Shown piece after piece: positions 38,249 to 48,500 of a stretch of 64,000 nt of DNA; the first letter of the stretch is position 1; the number at the start of each line of letters is the position of its first letter. Both the position numbers and the translations under genes were made by a program. This DNA comes from Basidiobolus meristosporus CBS 931.73 (taxonomy: Eukaryota; Fungi; Basidiobolomycota): the NCBI GenBank assembly GCA_002104905.1, contig MCFE01000263.1, positions 44,382 through 108,381 on the forward strand, read 5' to 3'. The notes below the pieces were generated by a model. The model had not been told where the DNA came from, searched no databases, and saw nothing but the letters and a program-made list of their open reading frames with translations.

Positions 38249-39772
38249 TTAAGCAATGATGACACGCATGTTGTTGGTGTTACCAAGACCTTCCTTGAAA
38301 CCTTGGATGACAACAACGGGCTGACCTCTCTTGACAAGGTCGGCCTTGACACCTTGGGCGATGGCGAACTCGATACGAGCATCGACATCCTCTTGCCATT
38401 CCTTGGAGTCAGATCCCTCAACAGCAGGCTTCTGGTAGAGGAAAGGATAACAGCCAGAGTGGAGATGGCATTGGCGGGCAACGCTAGCATTACGGGTAAC
38501 GGTAATGATGGGGCAGTTGGGGCGGTACTTGGAGACAAGACGAGCAGAGTTACCAGATTGGGTCAAGACAACAATGGCACCGGCTTCAGCTTCCAAGGCA
38601 GCGTTGACAGCAGAGGAGGCAACAGTCTCGGTGGTGTCAGTGGGGCGCTTGGCGAGGCCACGGAGCTCGTTGAAGAGTTGAGGGTAGCAGATAACGGACT
38701 CGGCGAGTTGGCAAGCTTGAGCCATGGTGGTAACAGCCTCAACGGGGTAGGATCCCTTGGCGGTCTCACCAGACAACATGACGCAGTCAGCACCATCAAG
38801 GACGGCGTTGGCAACATCACTGACCTCAGCACGAGTGGGTCTGGGGTTGTAGGTCATGGACTCGAGCATCTGGGTAGCGCAGATGACGGGCTTACCAGCT
38901 TGGTTGCATTGGGAGATGATGGCCTTTTGGGCAATGAACACACGCTCGCAAGGAATCTCAATACCCAAATCACCACGGGCAACCATGACACCGTCGGTCT
39001 CCTTCAAGATCTCGGGGAAGTTGTAGACACCTTGGTAGTTCTCAATCTTGACGATGATCTTGATGTGCTTACCCTTCTCTCCGAGAACCTCTCTGATGTC
39101 ACGGACGTCCTTGGCGGAACGGATGAAGGAGGCGAAGATCATGTCAACACCTTGCTCAACACCGAAACGAAGGTCAGACTTGTCCTTCTCAGAGAGGGCG
39201 GGGAGATCGACATCGGTCTTGGGAAGGTTGACACCCTTGCGAGAGCAGATCTTACCGTTGTTCAAGGCACGGACCTTGACTTCGGTCTCCATGACCTCGA
39301 GGACCTCGAAGGAGAGAATACCATCATCAACATAGATGACCTTGCCGACCTCAATAACCTTGGGGAGGTTCTTGTAGTCAACATACATTCTCTCACCGTT
39401 GCACTTCTCGGCGTACTTCTCGTCAGTGGTGATGAGCATTTCGTGACCGGCAGAGATGGGGGTCTCGACATCGTTCTCACAGAGACCGGTACGGATCTCA
39501 GGACCCTTGGTGTCAAGGGCAATGGCGACGGGGGACTCGGGCATGAAGGTTCTTTGACTCTCGCGGGCGTTGGCGATGACGGAACCGTGATATTCATAGG
39601 AACCGTGGGAGAAGTTCATACGAACGATGTTCATACCGGCGGCACGAAGTTGGTTCATCTTCTCGACATTGTTGGTCTTGGGACCGATGGTACAGATGAT
39701 ACCGGTTCTTCTCTTAGAAGAAGGCTCAACATCGATGTTGAGGTTGGAGATCCAAGCAAGACGGGAAGCCAT
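38249..39772 (-). CDS. PYK1: Pyruvate kinase, copy 2 (507 aa, intronless)
   Basis: Same motifs as copy 1. 15 nucleotide and 2 amino-acid differences (manual comparison). Confidence 0.98.
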   Translation of the reverse strand: MASRLAWISNLNIDVEPSSKRRTGIICTIGPKTNNVEKMNQLRAAGMNIVRMNFSHGSYEYHGSVIANARESQRTFMPESPVAIALDTKGPEIRTGLCENDVETPISAGHEMLITTDEKYAEKCNGERMYVDYKNLPKVIEVGKVIYVDDGILSFEVLEVMETEVKVRALNNGKICSRKGVNLPKTDVDLPALSEKDKSDLRFGVEQGVDMIFASFIRSAKDVRDIREVLGEKGKHIKIIVKIENYQGVYNFPEILKETDGVMVARGDLGIEIPCERVFIAQKAIISQCNQAGKPVICATQMLESMTYNPRPTRAEVSDVANAVLDGADCVMLSGETAKGSYPVEAVTTMAQACQLAESVICYPQLFNELRGLAKRPTDTTETVASSAVNAALEAEAGAIVVLTQSGNSARLVSKYRPNCPIITVTRNASVARQCHLHSGCYPFLYQKPAVEGSDSKEWQEDVDARIEFAIAQGVKADLVKRGQPVVVIQGFKEGLGNTNNMRVIIA

Positions 39773-40021
39773 TTTAGATGATGAGAAAAGAAGCAGAAGC
39801 AACTGTAATCCCTCGCAAATTCTCTCATGTCCTTTAAATACGCAAAAACGGGATTGTCATGCACTTTGATTACACCTACCTAGTTTGGGCAATTCATCGA
39901 TTTAGGTTCAATCCATAAACATCTTCAGATCTAGTCAATCAGCATTCAAGCTTGCTTCTTACTATCAATGCGCATCGATTCGATGAAGTCAGCACATGTT
40001 GGGCGTGTATTCAATAAATGC

Positions 40022-40057
40022 CAGAAATCCTAGAAATCCTAGAAATCCTAGAAATCA
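40022..40057 (+). repeat. 9-bp tandem repeat (TAGAAATCC)x4 upstream of PK copy 2
   Basis: CAGAAATCC TAGAAATCC TAGAAATCC TAGAAATCA. Confidence 0.9.
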
Positions 40058-40685
40058 TCAACAAACCAGTGTTTAGAAATTCAAGGAAATTTCCATTTTC
40101 ATGATCTCGGCCTTCTTTGGTAAAGATACATCCAAGTTCATCCAACTGACGGTTCCCATCTTCAGTTTGTTTTCCCTGGAATGTAATTGGGTGCTTTCCA
40201 CTCAAGTGTTCTCGATCAGAATTGGTTGCCAATACTCGCAGATACGTTGGTTGAAATTAATCTTATTTGTGCTACAGCAAGATGATCACTTGGTCTGGAT
40301 TGCCATCTCAGATAGCTAAGCAAAAAAGACCGATCGAGATCGAATCCTATTTTGGCAAACACCCATACCATGGGCTCGATCAATTCTTACCACGGTATAA
40401 ATCCGAAGTTCATTGATTATGCCACGATTCGAGATCGTGTTGGGTGGTGCTTAACAATGGTTTATTTTCTTGCTATTAATGTTGCTTATGCAAAGATGAG
40501 TTATTGTTGGTTTAGATAAAAATTTCCTACACGTCTCGTTAGTCCCCTTTGTAGCACATCAACGCCGCTTCAAGAGTTTGGCTTGTTCTCATAAGTAAAT
40601 CTAGCTGAATAGCCCATTGTTTTGCTGGATTGGCCCGTACATTTGTTTGCCTGCTACTCCCTTTCTACCTGTACTCTTTACCTTG

Positions 40686-43600
40686 ATGGATTCTAATTTC
40701 CATAACAGCTTTCAACAAAGGCAGCTGCATCCAAAACCTTCCACTCAGAATCGTGTATTATATCCATATAATTTAGATGGCGCCCCAGGAAATCAAGACG
40801 GTTCACTAAACACTTCGTTCTCAAACTCTTATCTACCTGGGATGGGTAACTTGGATCCAGGCAACCTGCCCACACAACAGCCGATCGAGAACGGCAATAT
40901 GTATCAAGACTACACTTTAGGCAATCAGGCTTCCTCAAATTATGGGGAAGAGGGCAGATTTCAAACCTCCATGGAGCAGAGAGGCTCTTATCAAACCCAG
41001 GTTTACAACCAAAATTATCCTACATTCAATCATAGCCAGTCGATGCCGATGTTGGAGACAAGGAACCAATTCTCCCCTCCAAGCGAAGCCCGGCACATGG
41101 CGGAATCAAATTCCACATTTGTGGGCTCCAACTTTGGTGCAACCAACTTACCAGCCGACACCCATAACCCAAGCCAGCCAAAGCTTTCCTACAACGGCCT
41201 GGCGCAGGATTATCAGGATCCCCAGGGTTCCTTTGGTGAAAAGACTGCTGATCCTAGTCGCAACATGATGCCTAAAGAATCTGAGAACAGCGACCATAAT
41301 AACCTAAATCTAAACAGCCTAAACACGACCTCGGCCAACCAATCGTTCTACCCATTTCAATACTCTAATGAAAAAGCATCTATGATACCACTTAGAAAGA
41401 GTTCTATATCGCAGCACAATATGAGTTATCCTAGCGTATCGTCTACCCCGCAATTTACTTCGGGATTAACCTCTGCTCAGGGTCATGGCCAAGTGCTACC
41501 GAACACAACCGGACAAATACCAATTGCATCCTCCACACAGCCACAACCACCGCATCAGACAATGGGCAATGAGGAGCAGGATTACTCGATGTCTCCACAG
41601 CCAATACCAGCTCAGCATTACTCTCACACAGGATTCCAAGCACAAACACAAACACAAGCACCAACACAAATGCATACTCAACCACAGTCGAATGTCAACC
41701 AACTCTCATACATGTCGTCCAACGGCACGCAGCCAAGCCCTCAATCGGTTGCACAACACGAGGAGCCTAACTCACAGCAATACATGTACCCCAACGAAGC
41801 AGCAAGCGTACCCAACGATCCACCGACGCATGGCCTCCACAATCCAGTCTTCCCGAATAGAGTGACCAACCAACCGATGGCCCACGCTGCACCATTTAAC
41901 GAGCAAACAAATCAGCTCGATGTATATTCACGGGTAGTTGAAGTGAAGAAGGTTCCGGTTCCCGCCACTCCGACCAGAAGCGAGGCAAAAACCGCCCAAA
42001 ATCCGCAGCAGTTTTTGCGCAGTTTGACGGAGTTCATGAAGCAAAGAAACACCCCCATCACCAAGCCACCCATACTTGGTAACCAGGTGGTAAATCTCTG
42101 GGCTTTGTACTCGACTGTCATGAAACTTGGAGGCGTAGAGCAAGTAACTGAAGTCTAATAATAAGGGTTGGTATAGCTTGAAAGGGTATTCACATTTGCG
42201 GACTTGCTTTAGGTAGACAAGATGGGCTACTGGGTGCAGATTGCCGAGCGGCTCGGTTTTAATGATCCTGCCCTGAAAGCGCCCTGGTCATTGAAATCGT
42301 GTTACCACACTCTGTTATTGCCCTTTGAGCGGCACCTTGCTCAAGAGAGCCTTTCGAATGGGGCTGTGGAGTCGTCTCGTCCTATGGATGGCAATATCGG
42401 TGGAATGAGGCGATTAAGCAACTCGCCACAGTTGGAGATCTCTTCAAGAGGTATGCCAAGTCGAGGTCGTTGTTCGACTCTGGAGTATTCTAAATCCTTT
42501 TTCAGGGCATTCGCCGTACAACAAGCCGTTGATTACACGGTCACCAAGCGTCCAGGTAGGTGTTGTCTCTCTGCTGGCGGCGGGAAGCGGTTAGTCTGAC
42601 GCATTCCATTTCAATCGCAGAGCAACCAAGGGTCCCCACCACATAATACAAATATCTACGGTTCGGTTCGGTCAGCCAGTCCAGGTCAGCCCAAGGCAAC
42701 CCCCCCTCTGGCTCAATTGACGTCAACCAAGCTGAGAACAGCCGTCTCTACAGCCAGCCTCCAAGGTAAAGAGAAAACAGGGTATCTGTATCGACCATAC
42801 ACTAGAGCTGTAAATACCTACGGTGGATACGATTTGGTCCAAATTGAATCGCCCTTATCAACCAAGGTCTGGCCCAAGGCTGGAGAGTTAGGTTTGAATC
42901 CCCTCCTCAGGATGTCATTTGTTGATAGGCTGCTGACCGCGTTTGTGTGAATCGTTTAGGTAGCATTGACCTGCACGCGTTGACCATGTCGATCAAGTCT
43001 GGCCTGCCCATGGAGACATCTAATGCACTGAACACACTGTCGATGTTGTCGTTGGAGAAGCACTTTAGCTTCTCGTTGGAGCAATCGCCGGAGCTTTGCG
43101 AAGCGCTCTTGGGACTGATTGAGGGGTCTATCGAGGGGGAAGACCAAGAGTCGACCTACCAGTCGTTATTTGAATCATCGCGCGTGGATATGTGTTCATT
43201 GGGATGCCGAGATAAGAATCTGGCCAATGAGCAGGCATTGGTCAGTTCCCTGTTGCTGAAGCATTATTCTTTTGTGGGAGCCAACCAGCCCTTCCTGGCA
43301 CGTGACAAATACCACCTGGAGACCATAGCGACGGTGTTCAAAGGGCGATTCCAAGATCGATCGAACACCATTCTGGAGCTACGGAAGAACTTTCTGTGCA
43401 TACTGGCCAACATTGGGAACCTGGTCGTCTTCGAGGATCAGGCGGTCGCCCAGACGATCATTGATGGCCTGATGGATTTCCTGTGCTCGGACGCGGAGAT
43501 TTACGAGGATATGGCCTTGGAGGTCCTTGCCAAGATGGCTGTACACTTTAGCAATCGGGAGAAGTTCGTGGAGGGGCAGGTCTTGGGGATCTTCGAAAGG

Positions 43601-43993
43601 TTCCGGGAGTTTCTGCACACCAAGAGTGTGGTAAGCTACCTGACGGAGGAGAGCAAGCTGGCCAAATACGAATACTGGTGTTTGTTGACCTACGAGCTTA
43701 TCGTGGTGCAATCAAGGGAGCTGCAAAAGAGGCTGGGGGGATCGGCCGGATTTCTCAGCTCGCTCATCAGAGCCCTGATCACCTTCTCGAACCCCGAAAC
43801 CATCAACCAAGAAATGATGAGGCCGATCGTGGGCATGCTGTTCGAGATAATCCGAGTGTTTTCCGGGACAAACCGGGAGATCTTCTCCAGAGCTCTCGAC
43901 AAGTACGTCGACCATTCTTTCAAGAAGATGTTCCAATCCTCCATCATGAACGAGCTGTTAAGCTTGACCATAGAAAACCCGGTCAAACGTTGA
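40686..43993 (+). CDS. SWI1: SWI/SNF ARID subunit (Swi1/ARID1-like), multi-exon
   Basis: Q/N/P/S-rich N-terminus, ARID domain (PITKPPILGNQVVNLWALYSTVMKLGG), and a C-terminal helical region beginning IDLHALTMSIKSGLPMETSNALNTL. Confidence 0.85.
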
Positions 43994-44163
43994 TTCCTTC
44001 GGTGTACATAACCACCTAGATACCATTTCCCCACTACTCTTTGTACGCATAGTTCAGATATAATATAAATCAAAATTTTATTCGCTCATCATTAATTGTG
44101 GGTGTTGTCGTGTTGTGGGCGGGGAGAGGGTTGTAATACAGTTGGTCCATCACTCGCACAAGC

Positions 44164-47100
44164 CTAGTCTGCCTCGCTGTCAGGCAATTTCATGTAGCTT
44201 TGCGCGAAACCGGGGACGAGGCTGTCTCGAATGTTGCTCATATGCTCTGCGCCATTGTTTGCTAGTTCTGCCACGTCTTCACCGTCACACGTGGGTTTCT
44301 TGTAGAACTTGAGTAAGAGGCTGGAGCACACGACGCTCACGCTAGAGAAGGCCATCGCGGCACCAGCGATCATCGGATGCATCATGATCCCCCACGGAAG
44401 GAAAAAGCCCATGGCGATGGGAATTGCCACGAGATTATAGCCTGACGCCCAAATAAAGTTCATACGAATTCGCTGGAAGATCACCCTAGAGAGGTCGATG
44501 GCTGCCACAACGTCGCATAGGTCAGTACGCATAAGGACGATGCTGGCAGCCTCCATAGCTATATCGGTCCCTGAGCAAACGGCAATACCAACATCGGAGG
44601 CGGCAAGAGCAGGGGAGTCGTTAATGCCATCACCAACCATGGCGACCACCTCTCCTTCACTTTGCATAGACCGGATGATGTTTGTTTTGCCTGCTGGTGA
44701 AACGCCTGCGTGGACCTCGGTGATACCGCACTCCATAGCAATCGCTTGTGCGGTCAATTCCTGATCCCCCGTGACCATGGCACAGCTAATCTTCATCTTT
44801 CTTAGGGCATTAATGGCCCGTCGGGCCTCAGGTCTAATCACATCCGAAAGACAGACGAACCCGGCAAACTCATCATCCAGAGAGGCCAGAATAACCACGC
44901 TGCCTTTGCTTCTGTACGACCTTATGGTTGCCGCGAGGCTCTGCGGGATTTCACAGTGGTTTCCAGCCAATAGCTTCTCGTTACCAATGGCGACTTTGAT
45001 GTTCGTTCCGGACAGCGTGGCTTGGCAGTTGACGCCTAGCCCAGGGATTGCTTCGAAATTGTCCACGACAACCTCGGAGATATCCAAGTCCATATGCTGC
45101 TGGGCGTGTGCAACGATGGCTCTTCCCAGCGGATGCTCGCTATTGCTTTCTGCCGCCATGAGCACCTTCCACAGCATATCCGAAGAGATATGGGCTGCAA
45201 AAGGCGAGATCTCATAGTAGGTGACCCCGAGTTTCCCCATCGTCAAGGTGCCGGTCTTGTCGAACACCAGTTTCGTTATTTTGTGAGCAGTTTCTAGCGG
45301 CTCTCCGCCCTTGATGAGAATCCCGTTTTGGGCCCCGACCCCAGTGCCTACCATCACTGCAGTGGGCACACTCAATCCCAGAGCACACGGACAAGCGACC
45401 ACGATAACAGAGATGCACAGTTTCAGACACGTATATACAAAGCTGCTATCCTCGTAGAACATTTTGGGAAGGCTCCCGCTGGTGTAACAAATGATCAGCC
45501 AGACAAAGAATGTCCCAAGCCCTAGGGCTATAACCGTGGGTACGAAGTAGCTAGCGATGGTGTCGGCCATGGCCTGGATAGGCGCTTTCTGCGTTTGAGC
45601 TTCTTCAACCAGCTTGACGATTTGGGAAAGAGCAGTCTCACTGCCGACCCGAGTCGCCTCCATGGTGAATGCGCCCATACCATTGACAGTCCCTCCGATC
45701 ACATGATCCCCCGGCTTCTTCGAAATGTGAACAGGCTCACCTGTCACCATGGACTCGTCGACTGAGCTGGAGCCACTCTTGACCACGCCGTCAGCCGGGA
45801 CCTTCTCTCCGGGGAAGATCTTTAGGATGTCGCCTCTCTGGACAAGATCGGTGGAGATCTTTTTCTCCTGAACTATGCTGCCTTCATTGTCGAGCTCCAG
45901 AAGCACAGCCGTGGAGGGCGTTAGCGAGATAAGCTTCGAAAGTGCAGTGGAGGTCTTGCTTTTGGCCTTGTTCTCCAGATATCTGCCCAACGTGATGAAT
46001 GTGATAAGCATGGCGGATGCTTCGAAGAAGGTCGAGGGCTGGGGATGTCTAGGATGCAGCACAGAGATGATGAGGGACAGCATAGAAAAAAAGAAAGCAC
46101 AACTGGTGCCGAGCATCACCAAAACATCCATGGTGGGATTGTTATGGGATATCGCCTTGTACGCTGATATGTAGAAGCGCTTTCCAATCCCAAATTGCAC
46201 GGGGGCAGTGAGGATCATTTGGGAGAAATCGCCCAGCGGCAGCCCAGGCAGCAGGTTGTAGTGGACAAACGCATGGCCCCACGCGATGTGAGGAAATATC
46301 TTGTGGATAGCGAGCACGGGGATGGTAAAGAAGAGGGATCGGTAGAATGCCCGCTTCCACTCCTGGATTTCTCTGGTTTTCTCCAACGACTCGAGCTGTG
46401 CATTGGAGCTGAAATCGGAGAGCAACGCGTCAAACCCGATCTCCTGGATCTTGTTCACTATATCCCTTATCCCCGTGACCTCTTCGTCAAACAGCACATG
46501 GGCGCTCTCCAAGGGAAGATTCACAGACACCTCAAGTATCCCTGGCATCTTCGAGACCTCCTTTTCTATGCTATTTACACATGATGCGCATGTCATGCCA
46601 AATATCTTCAGGGTCACATCTCCCTGACGATTCATTGAGATCGGGGAGGCTTCAAAGCCGATGGCCGATATGAGATTGGCTATCTCGTCGATGTCTGTGA
46701 CGTTGGAATCGTATTGTACGTCGGCTCGCTCAGCAAGGAGGGAGACGGTGATGGAGATGATCCCCTTGTGATCTTTCATGGTCCGTTCGATGTTTGCCAC
46801 GCATGAGGCGCAAGACATCCCGTGAACCGACACCGATCCGGTTTGCACCGAGTCTGGATTAAACTGACACGTTCGAATCTCCATCAAGGGAATCATATCT
46901 GCTGGATCCATATTCTTCTCGTATGTGATCAAAGGGAATTCCTTCAACAATGCCATTGCTCGATCGGCTGGGTTTGTTTCGATGGGCACTTCGAACCCAC
47001 AGTCCTCTATGGTATGGATGATGGTCTCCCTGGAGATGACTGCGCAGTTGTACTCTACGCTAGCTTGTGAGGAATGGAGATCAACCTTGACCGAGCTGAT

Positions 47101-47634
47101 CCCATCAAGCGGCTGTAGTGCTTGTTCGATAGCACGTACGCATGATTGGCAGGTCATTCCAACGATGGGGAGAATGCAGGAAACAGGTTTAGCCAAGTCC
47201 GGTGAGTGCGTTACCTCAAAGCCGCATTCCTCAATGGTGCGCACTATTTCTTCGCAAGTGAGAGCACTCCCATCAAAGGCAACCGTGGCATTGTTCTGCT
47301 CAAGACTTACCTTGAGGTCGATTATACTCGGATTCGGCAGAAGCACACTTTCGATGGCTTTGACGCACGATTGGCAGGTCATTCCTTTTACGTCTAGTTC
47401 GACCGTGGTTTTGGAGGAAGGAAGGGAAACAAGGAAACCGCAGCCTTCTATTGTTTCCATGAGCGTTTCCAGTTGGATAACTTGTGGCTCGAACGTGATT
47501 TGTGCAGAGTGATTCTCAAGACTTACGTGTACCTGAGAGACGCCGCTCAGTGCCTCCAAAGCGGAATTAATAGCTCTAACACAGGACTGGCAGGTCATGC
47601 CTTGTACACTCAGAGTGATGGTTTCTAGAGGCAT
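44164..47634 (-). CDS. CCC2: P1B-type copper-transporting ATPase (1156 aa, intronless)
   Basis: Five GMxCxxC metal-binding domains, TGE, CPC, DKTGT, SEHP, GDGIND, YN and MxxSS motifs. Confidence 0.96.
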   Translation of the reverse strand: MPLETITLSVQGMTCQSCVRAINSALEALSGVSQVHVSLENHSAQITFEPQVIQLETLMETIEGCGFLVSLPSSKTTVELDVKGMTCQSCVKAIESVLLPNPSIIDLKVSLEQNNATVAFDGSALTCEEIVRTIEECGFEVTHSPDLAKPVSCILPIVGMTCQSCVRAIEQALQPLDGISSVKVDLHSSQASVEYNCAVISRETIIHTIEDCGFEVPIETNPADRAMALLKEFPLITYEKNMDPADMIPLMEIRTCQFNPDSVQTGSVSVHGMSCASCVANIERTMKDHKGIISITVSLLAERADVQYDSNVTDIDEIANLISAIGFEASPISMNRQGDVTLKIFGMTCASCVNSIEKEVSKMPGILEVSVNLPLESAHVLFDEEVTGIRDIVNKIQEIGFDALLSDFSSNAQLESLEKTREIQEWKRAFYRSLFFTIPVLAIHKIFPHIAWGHAFVHYNLLPGLPLGDFSQMILTAPVQFGIGKRFYISAYKAISHNNPTMDVLVMLGTSCAFFFSMLSLIISVLHPRHPQPSTFFEASAMLITFITLGRYLENKAKSKTSTALSKLISLTPSTAVLLELDNEGSIVQEKKISTDLVQRGDILKIFPGEKVPADGVVKSGSSSVDESMVTGEPVHISKKPGDHVIGGTVNGMGAFTMEATRVGSETALSQIVKLVEEAQTQKAPIQAMADTIASYFVPTVIALGLGTFFVWLIICYTSGSLPKMFYEDSSFVYTCLKLCISVIVVACPCALGLSVPTAVMVGTGVGAQNGILIKGGEPLETAHKITKLVFDKTGTLTMGKLGVTYYEISPFAAHISSDMLWKVLMAAESNSEHPLGRAIVAHAQQHMDLDISEVVVDNFEAIPGLGVNCQATLSGTNIKVAIGNEKLLAGNHCEIPQSLAATIRSYRSKGSVVILASLDDEFAGFVCLSDVIRPEARRAINALRKMKISCAMVTGDQELTAQAIAMECGITEVHAGVSPAGKTNIIRSMQSEGEVVAMVGDGINDSPALAASDVGIAVCSGTDIAMEAASIVLMRTDLCDVVAAIDLSRVIFQRIRMNFIWASGYNLVAIPIAMGFFLPWGIMMHPMIAGAAMAFSSVSVVCSSLLLKFYKKPTCDGEDVAELANNGAEHMSNIRDSLVPGFAQSYMKLPDSEAD

Positions 47635-48370
47635 TGTTGTGCGCGAATAATAGGGGAGATTAGTTTGAAGATTGTGGGCAACAATTCATGCTACTTCTGG
47701 GAACGGGAAGGCGGAAAGAAAGGGGCTTCTATGCAAACACTGGAATAACACCTACGTGTTGAAAGGTGTAGGATTTATATAACACCAATCGATCTATTTG
47801 TAATCTTTAAACCCAATCACGTACGGCCCTAGCAACGAACTTTCCGAGTGATTCACGTTTATGAATTCTTGTAGTACTGCAGTAGTCATTTGAGCTCCTC
47901 ATTGACATGCATTCCCCGTCAAGCGCATTGATCCCCAATATCCCAGCTAGTGTCAAGCACATTGATGGTGTCTGAGGATGTGTTTGACAACAGATCTTTC
48001 ACAACATATCACTGGCCCGCGAGCTTGTAACAATATGCGCCAGAACTCTCCAACAACCTGAAATGAAATCGGTTTGAATGTGGTGTCATGCGTCTGCCAG
48101 CAAAGCCACCTTGATGCAAGCGATTGAGGACTCCCTTGTTTACAAGGCTTGTGGAATGGATTAGTATGAGGTTTAACCTTTCATTTATGCAGAAGCTGGA
48201 GGCGGATTGGAATTCTCCATAAGCAGTAGCAGTGCCTAGTAGCAATACCTCAAGGCACATATCCGTTCATATGGCTGCCAATGCATGGATCATCACACCA
48301 AATGAGGGGGCATACTGCACATGGTACAGATCGGACTTGATCGGCAGTATCACTGCTAGCCAACCCTAAC

Positions 48371-48448
48371 ATTCGAACAATCTTAAAAGTCCGAGAAACG
48401 TATGTTGATATTCGAATAATCTTAAAAGTCCGAGAAACATGTGTTTAT
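48371..48448 (+). repeat. 39-bp tandem duplication
   Basis: ATTCGAACAATCTTAAAAGTCCGAGAAACGTATGTTGAT followed by ATTCGAATAATCTTAAAAGTCCGAGAAACATGTGTTTAT. Confidence 0.85.
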
Positions 48449-48500
48449 TATTGATGAATGTTCTAGAAAGTAGTCAGCTATCTGCATCTGACTGCGGGTC

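Noticed and set aside
35890-39772. Pyruvate kinase pair as an assembly or haplotype artefact
   Set aside because: The flanks are unrelated, whereas allelic duplication would include them. Long-read confirmation is still advisable.
35800-39781. 576-aa and 515-aa antisense ORFs opposite the pyruvate kinases (likewise opposite CCT3 and GUT1)
   Set aside because: Codon-bias shadows that track the sense CDS almost exactly.
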